Positions 32,714-41,340 are shown, counted from the first letter of the stretch. The stretch is DNA of 64,000 nt from Anaerolineales bacterium (GCA_026129335.1 JAHCIH010000003.1:20534-84533); one strand, 5' to 3'. The notes: generated from the sequence alone by a model not told the origin. A program made the numbers and translations.

Positions 32714-32741
32714 GTAGGGGCGAGGCATGCCTCGCCCCTAC
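32714..32741. repeat. perfect 28-bp palindrome GTAGGGGCGAGGCA|TGCCTCGCCCCTAC (GCCCCTAC element family)
   Basis: Self-complementary by inspection. It starts 6 nt after the uvrB stop. No T-tract follows. Confidence 0.9.
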
Positions 32742-32995
32742 GGATTCAGTGAACGCTCACCCACAAAAGTATCATCTCCTGTGTCGCCCTGAGCTGGCAA
32801 CGTAGTTGCCTTGCGAAGGGCTTTCATTGTCTTTGTTGTATGAACATGCTCGCCGATGAAACGTTTGTGTTTCAGCCAGCATTCTTTCCTTCAAGCGCCA
32901 CGAAACTTCTTCGCGAGGCTTGCAGCGTAGCTGCAAGCCGGCTCAGAAAGACACGGGGTTAAAACTAGGCCAGGTCACCTATAATCTTGAATACT

Positions 32996-33184
32996 ATGAC
33001 TAACGGCAGACTTACAGCGATATATCTGAAAGTTGCCGAAGGCTACATTGGCTTTGTTTTGGAACTCCCGGGGGCGAACGCTCAGGGCAATACGCTTGAG
33101 CAAGTCAAGAATAATTTACAAGAAGCGATAAGCTTAGTCGAAGAAGCCAATATGGCTGTATCAGAGACTCATCTGGGCCAGTAG
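32996..33184 (+). CDS. HicB-like (UPF0150) antitoxin-type small protein, no HicA partner seen
   Basis: LTAIYLKVAEGYIGFVLELPGANAQGNTLEQVKNNLQEAISLVEE matches the HicB N-terminal fold pattern. TATAAT (32980..32985) is 10 nt upstream of the ATG. Confidence 0.55.
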   Translation: MTNGRLTAIYLKVAEGYIGFVLELPGANAQGNTLEQVKNNLQEAISLVEEANMAVSETHLGQ

Positions 33185-33191
33185 GCTAGCC

Positions 33192-33665
33192 GTGCCCCCC
33201 ACCAACAACGTCACCCGCATGCTGGCCTCCAAAGGCATCGCCTTTGAGGCTCACGACCTGCCGCCTGAGAAGCTGGGCGGCGAGGAGGCCGCTGCCTTCC
33301 TCGGCGTGCCGGCCGAGCAGGTCTTCAAGACCATCGTGGCCGTGCGGGCCAGCGGCGGCAAGCCGCTGCTGGCCCTGGTACCTGCACCGGCCCAGCTTTC
33401 GCTGAAAGCGCTGGGCCGGGCGCTGGATGCCAAGCTGCAGCTGGCCACGCAGGCGCAGGCTGAGAAGCTCACCGGGCTGCAGACCGGGGGCATCTCGCCG
33501 TTGGCGTTGATCGGCAAGGGCTTCGATGTGGCGCTGGACCAATCGGCGCTGGACTTCGAGACGATTTATCTCTCCGGCGGGCAGCGCGGGCTGAACGTTT
33601 CAATGAGCCCGCAGGATTTGGTGGCGCTGACGCGTGCGAAGGTGATGGGGATTGCTGACCGCTGA
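33192..33665 (+). CDS. ybaK: Cys-tRNA(Pro)/Cys-tRNA(Cys) deacylase YbaK/EbsC family
   Basis: TNNVTRMLASKGIAFEAHDL...GGISPLAL...SGGQRGL is typical of YbaK. GTG start. Confidence 0.75.
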   Translation: MPPTNNVTRMLASKGIAFEAHDLPPEKLGGEEAAAFLGVPAEQVFKTIVAVRASGGKPLLALVPAPAQLSLKALGRALDAKLQLATQAQAEKLTGLQTGGISPLALIGKGFDVALDQSALDFETIYLSGGQRGLNVSMSPQDLVALTRAKVMGIADR

Positions 33666-33735
33666 AAAGCTAACTGCTAAAAGCAAGTTCGAGTCGTGAA
33701 GTCGGAAATCAGAATTACCACTTACCAATTACTAT
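33661..33735. repeat. heptamer-phased repeat ending in TTACCAATTACTA
   Basis: gctgaaa agctaac tgctaaa agcaagt tcgagtc gtgaagt cggaaat cagaatt accactt accaatt actattt. It shares ACCAATTACTA with the palindrome at 28565. Confidence 0.7.
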
Positions 33736-34229
33736 TTGCCAGCCCCCAACTTCCCATCCAAATAATCGATCCCCAATTGCAGGGCTGTCTCGGCGGCTTG
33801 CTCTTTGACGGCGATGCGTTCGCCATCAAAGTTGAACTTGCGCGCCCATACCCCGTCGGCGGCGCTTAGCGCCATCCACACCAGGCCCACTGGCTTCTCC
33901 GGCGTGCCGCCGCCGGGGCCGGCGATGCCGCTGATGGCGATGCCGACATCGGCGGCCATCGCCCGGCGGCAGCCCAGAGCCATCTCGCTGACCGTCTCGG
34001 CGCTCACCGCGCCGTGGCGCTCCAGCGTGCCCCAGGTGACGCCCAGCAGGCGCACTTTGGCCTCGTAGGCGTAGGCGGTGACGCTGCCCATGTAGTAGGT
34101 GGAGGAGCCGGGTACGTTGGTCAGCCGGTGGCCGACCAGGCCGCCGGTGCAGGATTCGGCCAGCGCCAGGCGCAGGCCGCGGGCGCGCAGCTTTTCGCCG
34201 ATCAAGATTTCGAGTTGCGCTTCACTCAC
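33732..34229 (-). CDS. CinA C-terminal domain / nicotinamide-nucleotide amidase PncC-like
   Basis: LALAESCTGGLVGHRLTNVPGSSTYYMGSVTAYAYEAK is typical of the CinA/PncC domain. GTG start. Confidence 0.8.
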   Translation of the reverse strand: MSEAQLEILIGEKLRARGLRLALAESCTGGLVGHRLTNVPGSSTYYMGSVTAYAYEAKVRLLGVTWGTLERHGAVSAETVSEMALGCRRAMAADVGIAISGIAGPGGGTPEKPVGLVWMALSAADGVWARKFNFDGERIAVKEQAAETALQLGIDYLDGKLGAGK

Positions 34230-34398
34230 TCTGGGCTTCTTTCCGCCTCGCTTGAATTAATTCTTCCGTCAAGGAACGGCCTTCCGGGTTGTATTTTCTG
34301 ACAAGTTGCTGCGCCTTCTTTGCTGCTTTGCGCAGTTTGGCAGGAACAGCAATCCTGCCGTCTTTGTCCAGGCGAGTTTGTTTTTCAGGCTTCGTCAT
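34222..34398 (-). CDS. possible small protein (58 aa), AbrB/antitoxin-like N-terminus
   Basis: Hand translation: MTKPEKQTRLDKDGRIAVPAKLRKAAKKAQQLVRKYNPEGRSLTEELIQARRKEAQSE. Its stop overlaps the cinA GTG by 8 nt (GTGAGTGA). Below the ORF-track cutoff. Confidence 0.3.
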   Translation of the reverse strand: MTKPEKQTRLDKDGRIAVPAKLRKAAKKAQQLVRKYNPEGRSLTEELIQARRKEAQSE

Positions 34399-34440
34399 GA
34401 TATGTACTGCAAGTTATCTCATGAATCAAGCGGCACTGTG

Positions 34441-34513
34441 GGGGACGGTCTGAGACCGTCCCCCTGAGAGACAAAATAACTCAATAGTGGGCGGGTCTGA
34501 GACCCGCCCCTAC
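34441..34513. repeat. two tandem hairpins with a common GTC-TGA-GAC centre; the second ends in GCCCCTAC
   Basis: GGGGACGGTC TGA GACCGTCCCC (34441..34463) and GGGCGGGTC TGA GACCCGCCC (34489..34509). The stems differ by paired, compensatory changes. Confidence 0.8.
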
Positions 34514-34608
34514 AGCCACGCCATTTATGGGATAGCTTCTAGTTTTGAAAATTGTACTACGCCAACATCGGCCAATAAAAACCTATTTCTCGATAGAATA
34601 TATGTGCG

Positions 34609-36468
34609 ATGACTTCTGACCACATCCAGGCCCAACTGAATACGCTGCCCAGCAAGGCCGGCTGCTACCTGATGAAGGACGAGGACGGCAAGGTCATCTA
34701 TGTGGGCAAAGCGATCAACCTGCGCAGCCGGGTGCGTTCTTATTTCCACAGCGCGGCCCAGCAGGACGACAAGACGCGCGTGCTGGTCAGCTTTATCCGC
34801 GACATCGAGTGGATTGTGGTGGCTTCCGAACTGGAAGCGCTGATCCTCGAGATGAACCTGATTAAGAAGCACAAGCCGCGCTACAACGTGCGCCTTAAAG
34901 ACGACAAGCGCTACCCCTACATCAAAGTCCACCTGGCCGATCCATTCCCCAAGGTGACCGTCACCCGGCACATGGATGCCGACGGCTCGCGCTACTTCGG
35001 CCCGTATACCAGCGTGTGGGCGGTACACAAAACCCTGGATGTGCTGCGGCGCATCTTTCCCTACCTGACCTGCGACCGCGAGATCACCGGGCAGGACGAA
35101 CGCGCCTGCCTGTACTACGACATCAAACTGTGCACCGCGCCGTGCATCGGCAAGATCGACCAGGCGGAATACCGCCAAATGATCGCCGACCTGTGCGACT
35201 TCCTTAATGGACGCACCGAGCCAGTGGTGCAGCGCCTGCAGGGCGAGATGGCCGAGGCCGCCGAGGAACTGCGCTACGAGAAAGCCGCTGCGCTGCGCGA
35301 CCAGCTGGAAGCCATCCGTACCATCGTGGAGCGCCAGCGGGTCGTCTCAACGGACTACGCCGATTCGGACGTCATCGCCATGGCCCGCTCGGAGCGCGAG
35401 GCCTGCGTGCAGGTCTTCTTCATCCGCAACGGCAAGCTGATCGGCCGCGAATATTTCATGATGGAGAACACTGCTGAGGCGCCGGACGCCGACGTGCTCG
35501 CCGAGTTCATCAAGCAATTCTACGACCAGGCGGCCAGCGTGCCGCCGGAGGTGCTGCTGCCGCATGAAGTCGAGGAGGCGCAGGTCATCCGCCAGTGGCT
35601 GAGCAAGCAGCGCGGCAACGGCGGCGTGGAAATCAAGGTGCCGCGCCGCGGCCAGAAGCGCGACCTGCTGCGCATGGCCGCCGAAAACGCCAGCGAGACG
35701 CTCAACGCGCTGCAGACCCAGTGGAAGGCCGACGCCCACCGCCAGACCGAGGCGCTCAGCGAGATCCACGAGGCGCTGGAATTGCCGCGCGCTCCGGAGC
35801 GTATCGAGTGCTACGACATCTCCAACACGCAGGGCACCGCTGCAGTGGGCAGCATGGTGGTCTTCGAGCGCGGCGTGGCCAATAACCGCCTGTACCGGCG
35901 CTTCAACATCAAGAGCGTGCAGGGGCCGGACGATTTCGCCAGCATGGAAGAGGTGCTCAGCCGCCGCTTCCGCCGTTGGCAGGCGGCCCAGGAGGGCAGC
36001 CTGCTCCCCGGCGCCAAGCCGGACGCAGCTTTCGGCGGCTTGCCCGACCTGCTCATCGTGGACGGCGGCAAAGGCCAGCTCTCCCGTGCCGCGGCGGTGC
36101 TGGATGCCTTCGGCCTGCGCGAGCGGGTGCCGCTGGCTGCCCTGGCCAAGCAGAGCGAGGAAATCTTCCAACCCGGCCGCGAGGGGGGCATCCTGTTGCC
36201 GCGCAACTCGCAGGGCCTCTTCCTGCTGCAGCGCATCCGCGACGAAGCGCATCGCTTTGCCATCACCGCCCACCGCGCCCGGCGCACCAAGAGCGGCATC
36301 GCCTCGCAGCTGGATGAGGTGCCCGGCATCGGCCCCAAGCGCCGCAGGGCGCTGTTCAAGGCTTTCGGCTCCATTGAAGCCATGCGCGCAGCCAGCCTGG
36401 AGCAATTGACCGCCGTCGACGGTGTGACCCCCGCGCTGGCCGAGCGGCTCAAGGCCCACCTGGAATAA
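34609..36468 (+). CDS. uvrC: excinuclease ABC subunit C
   Basis: GIY-YIG (GCYLMKDEDGKVIYVGKA), a UVR domain (YEKAAALRDQL), and C-terminal HhH motifs. Confidence 0.95.
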   Translation: MTSDHIQAQLNTLPSKAGCYLMKDEDGKVIYVGKAINLRSRVRSYFHSAAQQDDKTRVLVSFIRDIEWIVVASELEALILEMNLIKKHKPRYNVRLKDDKRYPYIKVHLADPFPKVTVTRHMDADGSRYFGPYTSVWAVHKTLDVLRRIFPYLTCDREITGQDERACLYYDIKLCTAPCIGKIDQAEYRQMIADLCDFLNGRTEPVVQRLQGEMAEAAEELRYEKAAALRDQLEAIRTIVERQRVVSTDYADSDVIAMARSEREACVQVFFIRNGKLIGREYFMMENTAEAPDADVLAEFIKQFYDQAASVPPEVLLPHEVEEAQVIRQWLSKQRGNGGVEIKVPRRGQKRDLLRMAAENASETLNALQTQWKADAHRQTEALSEIHEALELPRAPERIECYDISNTQGTAAVGSMVVFERGVANNRLYRRFNIKSVQGPDDFASMEEVLSRRFRRWQAAQEGSLLPGAKPDAAFGGLPDLLIVDGGKGQLSRAAAVLDAFGLRERVPLAALAKQSEEIFQPGREGGILLPRNSQGLFLLQRIRDEAHRFAITAHRARRTKSGIASQLDEVPGIGPKRRRALFKAFGSIEAMRAASLEQLTAVDGVTPALAERLKAHLE

Positions 36469-36550
36469 CCACCCCAACATCAATCAGGTTGATTGATATG
36501 CCCAACCTGATTACAATTCTCCTTTCATTTTTGCAAACTGGAGGAGAATT

Positions 36551-37411
36551 TTGAAAACGTTCAGCAAACTTTTGGTAGCTACCCTATTGGCGGCGCTGTT
36601 GGTCGCCTGCGGTGGCGCGCCAGCCGAGGCAGAGCCTCAGGTCATCTTCATCGAGGTGACCTCCACCCCTGAGCCTGTAGAAGAAGAGCCTGAAACCAGC
36701 GATACGGTTGAGGTGCGCACGATTCAGGACGTGAATATGCGCGCCGGCGACGGAACTGCCTATGATGTGGTTACCGTGATTCCGGGTGGCGCAGCGGTTC
36801 AAGTGCTTGGCAAGAACGGCGACGGCAGCTGGCTGCAGGTGCTCTACAATGGGGCGACCGGCTGGGTTTCCACGCCCTTTACCGAAGGGGAGGTGCCTGA
36901 TAATGTTCCCGTGGTCCAGGCCCCGCCCCCGCCGGCAAGCGGCGGAGGCGGCCAGAGCGCCGGGCCTACGGCCACCAGCGCGCCGGCTGGTGGAGGTGGC
37001 GGTGGCGGTGCAGCTGCCCCGACCAGCACCAGCGCCCCGGCCGGCGGTGGCGCTCAGGTGGCTCCGCCCGACAGCAACATATCTGTCAGCGCCAACATCA
37101 AGAATCAGAGCAGCACGCACAGCGATGTCATCTCTTACCCGGATGGCGACAATCAAGACCGCGTGACCGTGAATGTGTCCGGCTTCGACAGCGTCACTAC
37201 GTCCGGTGAACTGCGCTTCACGCTGACCTGCACCGGTCAAGGCGTTGCTAACGTCAAAGTCACCGCGGTGACTAGCAATGGTGGCACGGTAGCTTGCAAC
37301 AACAGCTGGACCGCCTTTTTCACCAATGTAAGCACCAACCATACAATCACTATCCTGCTGGATTCGGGTCCGGCGGCTTATGTGAACTGGACGTTGCTAA
37401 TCAGCAAGTAG
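36551..37411 (+). CDS. secreted lipoprotein with a bacterial SH3 domain and a Gly/Ala/Pro-rich linker
   Basis: TTG start after GGAGGAG. LLVACGG lipobox. SH3b-like segment VNMRAGDGTAYDVVTVIPGGAAVQVLGKNGDGSWLQVLYNGATGWV. Confidence 0.65.
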   Translation: MKTFSKLLVATLLAALLVACGGAPAEAEPQVIFIEVTSTPEPVEEEPETSDTVEVRTIQDVNMRAGDGTAYDVVTVIPGGAAVQVLGKNGDGSWLQVLYNGATGWVSTPFTEGEVPDNVPVVQAPPPPASGGGGQSAGPTATSAPAGGGGGGGAAAPTSTSAPAGGGAQVAPPDSNISVSANIKNQSSTHSDVISYPDGDNQDRVTVNVSGFDSVTTSGELRFTLTCTGQGVANVKVTAVTSNGGTVACNNSWTAFFTNVSTNHTITILLDSGPAAYVNWTLLISK

Positions 37412-37421
37412 CAGACCACTG

Positions 37422-37455
37422 AAAAAAGCCCCTGCCTAAAGCAGGGGCTTTTTTG
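37422..37455 (+). terminator. rho-independent terminator
   Basis: An A-run, then stem AGCCCCTGC (37427..37435) / GCAGGGGCT (37441..37449), then a T-run. Confidence 0.85.
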
Positions 37456-37502
37456 TTGGCTCGCTTGCCGCGACGGCAAGCTTCCTGGGTTAAACTGGCG
37501 CT

Positions 37503-37616
37503 ATGTCGAAGAAGAACCAAAATCAAAAAATGAGCCTCAGCCAGATGGTGTTCATCGCGGTGGCCATCCTGATCATCCTTACCATGGTGCTGGGCGCGCT
37601 CATCCCGGCTTTTTAG
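37503..37616 (+). CDS. possible 37-aa single-TM micro-protein
   Basis: Hand translation: MSKKNQNQKMSLSQMVFIAVAILIILTMVLGALIPAF. No family recognised. Confidence 0.25.
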   Translation: MSKKNQNQKMSLSQMVFIAVAILIILTMVLGALIPAF

Positions 37617-37685
37617 TTGAGAGTTTTTGATAGCCGCCAGCGGAATAAATAGCCCTCGGGTGCGCAGCCCCGCGCCCGGAGGTGT

Positions 37686-39257
37686 TTGATGGCCAAAAAG
37701 GCTAAGTTGCTGCTGGTGTTCCCCGTTTCGCTGGCCCTAGGCTGGCTGTTTGATTTCCTGTTTTGGGGGCGAGATACCGGTCTCTCGGTTCCGCTGTATA
37801 TCGGCTTGCTGCTGGCCGCCGGCTTTTGGCTGGCCCGGCGCAGCGGGCTGAAGCCGGCCCGCCAGGCGCTGTGGCTGCTGTTGCCCATCGCCCTGCTGGC
37901 GTTGGTCAGCCTTTGGCGCGCCGAGCCGCTCAGCATAGCGCTCAGCCGCTGGGCGGCCCTGGGCTTGCTGGCCCTGCTGGCGCTGAGCTTCCTGGGCGGC
38001 TTGTGGCCGCGCTACGGTTTTGGCGACTATGTCATCAAGCTGCTCGGCCTGCTGCCGCTGGGCCTGGGCGCAATGCATTCCAATGGCGCCGCGCCGCAGC
38101 GCGGCGGCCTGGCCCGCCTGCTGCCGGTGGCCCGCGGCCTGCTGCTGGCGCTGCCGCTGCTGGCGTTCCTGTCCATCCTGCTGGCTTCGGGGGACGCCTA
38201 CTTTGCTGAATGGCTGGAGGCGCTGCTGACCCACTTCGAGCGCCTGCCGGAATTTCTGTTCCGCGGTTTCCTCGTGCTGCTGGTGGCCTACGCGCTGGCT
38301 GCCGCCTACAGCTATGCCTTAGAGCGCAGCCGGGCGCAAACCCTGCTCGGCGAAAAGGAGCCCTGGGCCAGGCCTTTTATCGGCTTCTCCGAGGCAGTCA
38401 CCGTGCTGGTCAGCGTCAACCTGCTGCTCGGCGTTTTCGTCTTCATCCAGTTCCGCTACTTCTTCGGCGGGCTGGCCAATATCGTTGAGGGGCCGGGCGG
38501 CTTCACCTTTGCCGAATATGCCCGTCGCGGCTTTGGTGAGCTGGTGGTCGTCTCGGTGACCCTGCTGGGCTTCTTCATGGTGCTCAGCGCGCTGGCCCGC
38601 CGCGAACCCGGCCGCCAGCAGCGCTGGTTCTCCGGCCTGGGCATTCTGCTGTTTGGCCTGGTCGCCGTGGTGCTGGCCTCCGCTTTCCAGCGTCTCCTGC
38701 TTCTGGAACAGGCCTACGGGTTCAGCCGCCTGCGTACTTACCCGCACGTCTTCATGGTTTGGCTGGGCTTGCTCTTGCTGGCCGTGGTGGTGCTGGAGAG
38801 CCTCGGCCGCCGGCGCGCCTTTGCCCTGGCGGTGTTGGCTGCCAGCCTCGGTTTCGTGCTCAGCCTGCCGCTGCTCAATGTGGACGCTTTCATCGTGCGC
38901 GCCAACATCGCCCATGCGCGCCAGGCGGATTGGCTGGACTATGGCTACCTGGCGCAGCTCTCGGCGGATGCCGTGCCGCCGATGGCGGCGGGTTACCGCG
39001 CCGCATGGGCGGCCGGCAACCCCGCGCTGGCCGAACGCCTGGCCGCCGGGCTGGGCTGCTATTTCCACCTGAACCCCGAGATGCTGCAGCCGGACTGGCG
39101 GGCCTGGAACGCCGCCGAGGCAGCCTCGCGCCGCGAGTGGGAACGGCTGCAGGCTGAGAACGGCTTCCCGGCAGTCGCCTTTACCGAAGCGGACTACCTG
39201 CCCGCAGTGACTTTGGACGGCGAGCTGTGGTCCTGCTATCCGGAGTGGCAGCGCTGA
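37686..39257 (+). CDS. polytopic membrane protein (DUF4153/DUF4173-like)
   Basis: 523 aa with about 10-12 hydrophobic helices. The N-terminus LALGWLFDFLFWGRDTGLSVPLYIGL resembles that family as I recall it. Confidence 0.5.
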   Translation: MMAKKAKLLLVFPVSLALGWLFDFLFWGRDTGLSVPLYIGLLLAAGFWLARRSGLKPARQALWLLLPIALLALVSLWRAEPLSIALSRWAALGLLALLALSFLGGLWPRYGFGDYVIKLLGLLPLGLGAMHSNGAAPQRGGLARLLPVARGLLLALPLLAFLSILLASGDAYFAEWLEALLTHFERLPEFLFRGFLVLLVAYALAAAYSYALERSRAQTLLGEKEPWARPFIGFSEAVTVLVSVNLLLGVFVFIQFRYFFGGLANIVEGPGGFTFAEYARRGFGELVVVSVTLLGFFMVLSALARREPGRQQRWFSGLGILLFGLVAVVLASAFQRLLLLEQAYGFSRLRTYPHVFMVWLGLLLLAVVVLESLGRRRAFALAVLAASLGFVLSLPLLNVDAFIVRANIAHARQADWLDYGYLAQLSADAVPPMAAGYRAAWAAGNPALAERLAAGLGCYFHLNPEMLQPDWRAWNAAEAASRREWERLQAENGFPAVAFTEADYLPAVTLDGELWSCYPEWQR

Positions 39258-39276
39258 CCCCGGTGGAGCGAATGGT

Positions 39277-39933
39277 ATGATTCCGGGCGTGATGGCGGCC
39301 CCAAACACTACCCTGCGCAGCAACCCGGAATGGCTGGAGGCGCTGCAAAACGCCTCGCCGGAAGCGATTGAAGACCTGCGCGCCGTGCTGCTGCGCGGCC
39401 TGCGCGCCGCCCTGGCCGGCCGCGTGCAGCACGACATGGACAGCCTGGCCGAGGACTTCGCCCAGGAAGCCCTGTTGAAGATCCTCAACAGCCTGGACAC
39501 GTTTCGCGGCGAGAGCCGCTTCACCACCTGGGCGCAAAAGATCGCCGTGCATGTGGCCCTCTCGGAGCTGCGCCGGCGGCGCTGGCGTGACATCCCCCTG
39601 CAAACCTTCACCGAATCGGCAGACGGCGAGGAATTGACCCCCAGCCTGCTCACCGACCGCAGCCCGCAGCCGGAGCGGCTGGCCAGCCAGCGCGAGCTGC
39701 TGGGCACCGTGGAGCAGCTCATCTTCGAGGAGCTCACCGAGCGCCAGCGCACCGCGATGCTCGCCATCCTGCAGGACGGCATGCCGCTGGCCGAACTGGC
39801 CGAGCGCCTGGACACCAACCCCAACGCACTGTACAAGCTGCTGCACGACGCCCGCCAGCGTTTGCGCCAAAAGTTAGAAGAAAAGAGCGGCCTTTCGACC
39901 CAGGAACTGCTGGCTTTATTCGAGGCCGAGTAG
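39277..39933 (+). CDS. ECF-type RNA polymerase sigma factor
   Basis: Region 2: EDFAQEALLKILNSLDTFRGESRFTTWAQKIAVHVALSELRRRRW. Region 4: LTERQRTAMLAILQDGMPLAELAERLDTNPNALYKLLHDARQRLR. Confidence 0.85.
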   Translation: MIPGVMAAPNTTLRSNPEWLEALQNASPEAIEDLRAVLLRGLRAALAGRVQHDMDSLAEDFAQEALLKILNSLDTFRGESRFTTWAQKIAVHVALSELRRRRWRDIPLQTFTESADGEELTPSLLTDRSPQPERLASQRELLGTVEQLIFEELTERQRTAMLAILQDGMPLAELAERLDTNPNALYKLLHDARQRLRQKLEEKSGLSTQELLALFEAE

Positions 39934-39971
39934 GTAATACCCAGAGGATATGCGGCGTCAATAGGCTAACC

Positions 39972-40235
39972 ATGGCTCGAATCCAATCCGACACCCTCAA
40001 AAAACTGCTGCGCCGGGCGCTGAATACGCGCGGCGAGGAAATTGGTTGTGAGACCTGCTTCGAGAGCCTGGATCGCTTTGTGGAACTCGAGCTGGACGGC
40101 AAAGACGCCGCCCAGGCTTATCCCCTGATCCAATACCATCTGGAACTATGCACCGGCTGTGCAGACGAATACCAGGCGCTTTTGGCTGCACTGAACGAAC
40201 TGCAAGACGGCGCCGCCCCTGACAGCGCTTCTTAG
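39972..40235 (+). CDS. soluble ZAS-type anti-sigma factor (H-x3-C-x2-C)
   Basis: CETC...YHLELCTGC gives C-x2-C plus H-x3-C-x2-C. 87 aa with no TM helix. It lies immediately downstream of the ECF sigma. Confidence 0.6.
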   Translation: MARIQSDTLKKLLRRALNTRGEEIGCETCFESLDRFVELELDGKDAAQAYPLIQYHLELCTGCADEYQALLAALNELQDGAAPDSAS

Positions 40236-40254
40236 TCTGCCTCTAATCTAAGCC

Positions 40255-41334
40255 ATGCCCGGCTTTGGGCCGCTGGGTATAATTGCGCCCATGTCTGAGC
40301 CGGAAATTATTGAAGAAACCACCCCCAGCCAGCCCCAAGCGGACCCCATAGCTGACCCGGCGGCCACCCAGCAGGTGGCCGCGGTTTCCGCCGGGGCGGC
40401 GCGCCCGCGCCGCTGGACCTGGATCCTGGGCGGCCTGGGCATCCTGCTGCTGCTCGCCGGGCTGGGCGCCCTGGCCGGCTACCAGACTGCGGTCGGCGCC
40501 CGCCGCCACGAGCAGTTGCTGCAGAGCGCCGTGGAAGCCCACTACCAGTACGAGCTGGCCCTCGCCGACCTGCAAGTGGGCGCCTGCACCCGGGCCAAAG
40601 ACCGCCTGGTCTACGTGATCGAACTGATGCCCGACCACCCCGGCGCGGCGAACAGCCTGGTCGAGGCGCTGATGTGCGTCGAAGGCGAACCCTCCGGCAC
40701 GGCCGGCGTGGATACGCCGGTGGAAGCGGAGCCGGAACCCACCCCGGACCTGCGCGGCGCCGAGGCGATTTTCAATGACATCCCTGCGCGCATGGCCGCC
40801 CGCGATTGGAGCGGCACGCTGATTTTGCTGGACACCCTGCGCCGCAATTTCCCCGACTTCCAGCCGATCGAAGTGGATGGCTTTTACTACGTCACCCTGC
40901 GCCAGCGCGGTATCGCCCGCATCCTTTCCGGCGAACTGGAACCCGGCATCTTCGACTTGAACCGCGCCGAACAGCTCGGCCCTCTGGACAACGAAGTGGC
41001 CAACTACCGCCAGTGGGCGATCTGGTACCTGGTCGGCTCGAGTTTTTGGGAGATCGACTGGCCTCAGGCGCTGCAGTACTTCGGCTACGTGAAAGACGCT
41101 GTGCCCAGTTTGCATGACCTCAGCTATATGAGCGCCCTGGACCGTTACAACACCGCGCTGGTTTTTTACGGGGAAGGCCTGGTGGAGGAAGCCGCCCGCC
41201 TGGCCACCCAGAGACAGTGGTGCACGGCTGAAGAGAAGATCTACGAAGCCAACAGCATCACCCCGCTGACCGAGGAACAACAGGCCGCGGCCGACCACTA
41301 CAGCCAGAACTGTTTGGACCACGGCAACGAATAG
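40255..41334 (+). CDS. single-pass membrane protein with an extracytoplasmic helical-repeat domain
   Basis: Acidic, proline-rich N-terminus, a TM helix (WILGGLGILLLLAGLGALAGY), and a roughly 270-aa C-terminal domain. The start may be the internal MSEPE. Confidence 0.5.
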   Translation: MPGFGPLGIIAPMSEPEIIEETTPSQPQADPIADPAATQQVAAVSAGAARPRRWTWILGGLGILLLLAGLGALAGYQTAVGARRHEQLLQSAVEAHYQYELALADLQVGACTRAKDRLVYVIELMPDHPGAANSLVEALMCVEGEPSGTAGVDTPVEAEPEPTPDLRGAEAIFNDIPARMAARDWSGTLILLDTLRRNFPDFQPIEVDGFYYVTLRQRGIARILSGELEPGIFDLNRAEQLGPLDNEVANYRQWAIWYLVGSSFWEIDWPQALQYFGYVKDAVPSLHDLSYMSALDRYNTALVFYGEGLVEEAARLATQRQWCTAEEKIYEANSITPLTEEQQAAADHYSQNCLDHGNE

Positions 41335-41340
41335 CCTGAG

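Noticed and set aside
32742-32995. Small minus-strand ORFs (for example MKALRKATTLPAQGDTGDDTFVGERSL) as a possible HicA partner.
   Set aside because: There is no HicA-like sequence pattern. The ORFs are very short, overlap the hairpins, and lack an SD.
34594-34608. GAAT-ATAT-GTGC over the uvrC start region as an SOS box.
   Set aside because: It has two mismatches in the conserved tetramers. It is mentioned only as a weak candidate under the uvrB finding.
36900-37080. A Gly/Ala/Pro-rich low-complexity stretch (GGGGGGAAAPTSTSAPAGGG) that might be a DNA repeat element.
   Set aside because: It lies in-frame within the SH3 lipoprotein as a flexible linker. It is only loosely repetitive at the DNA level.
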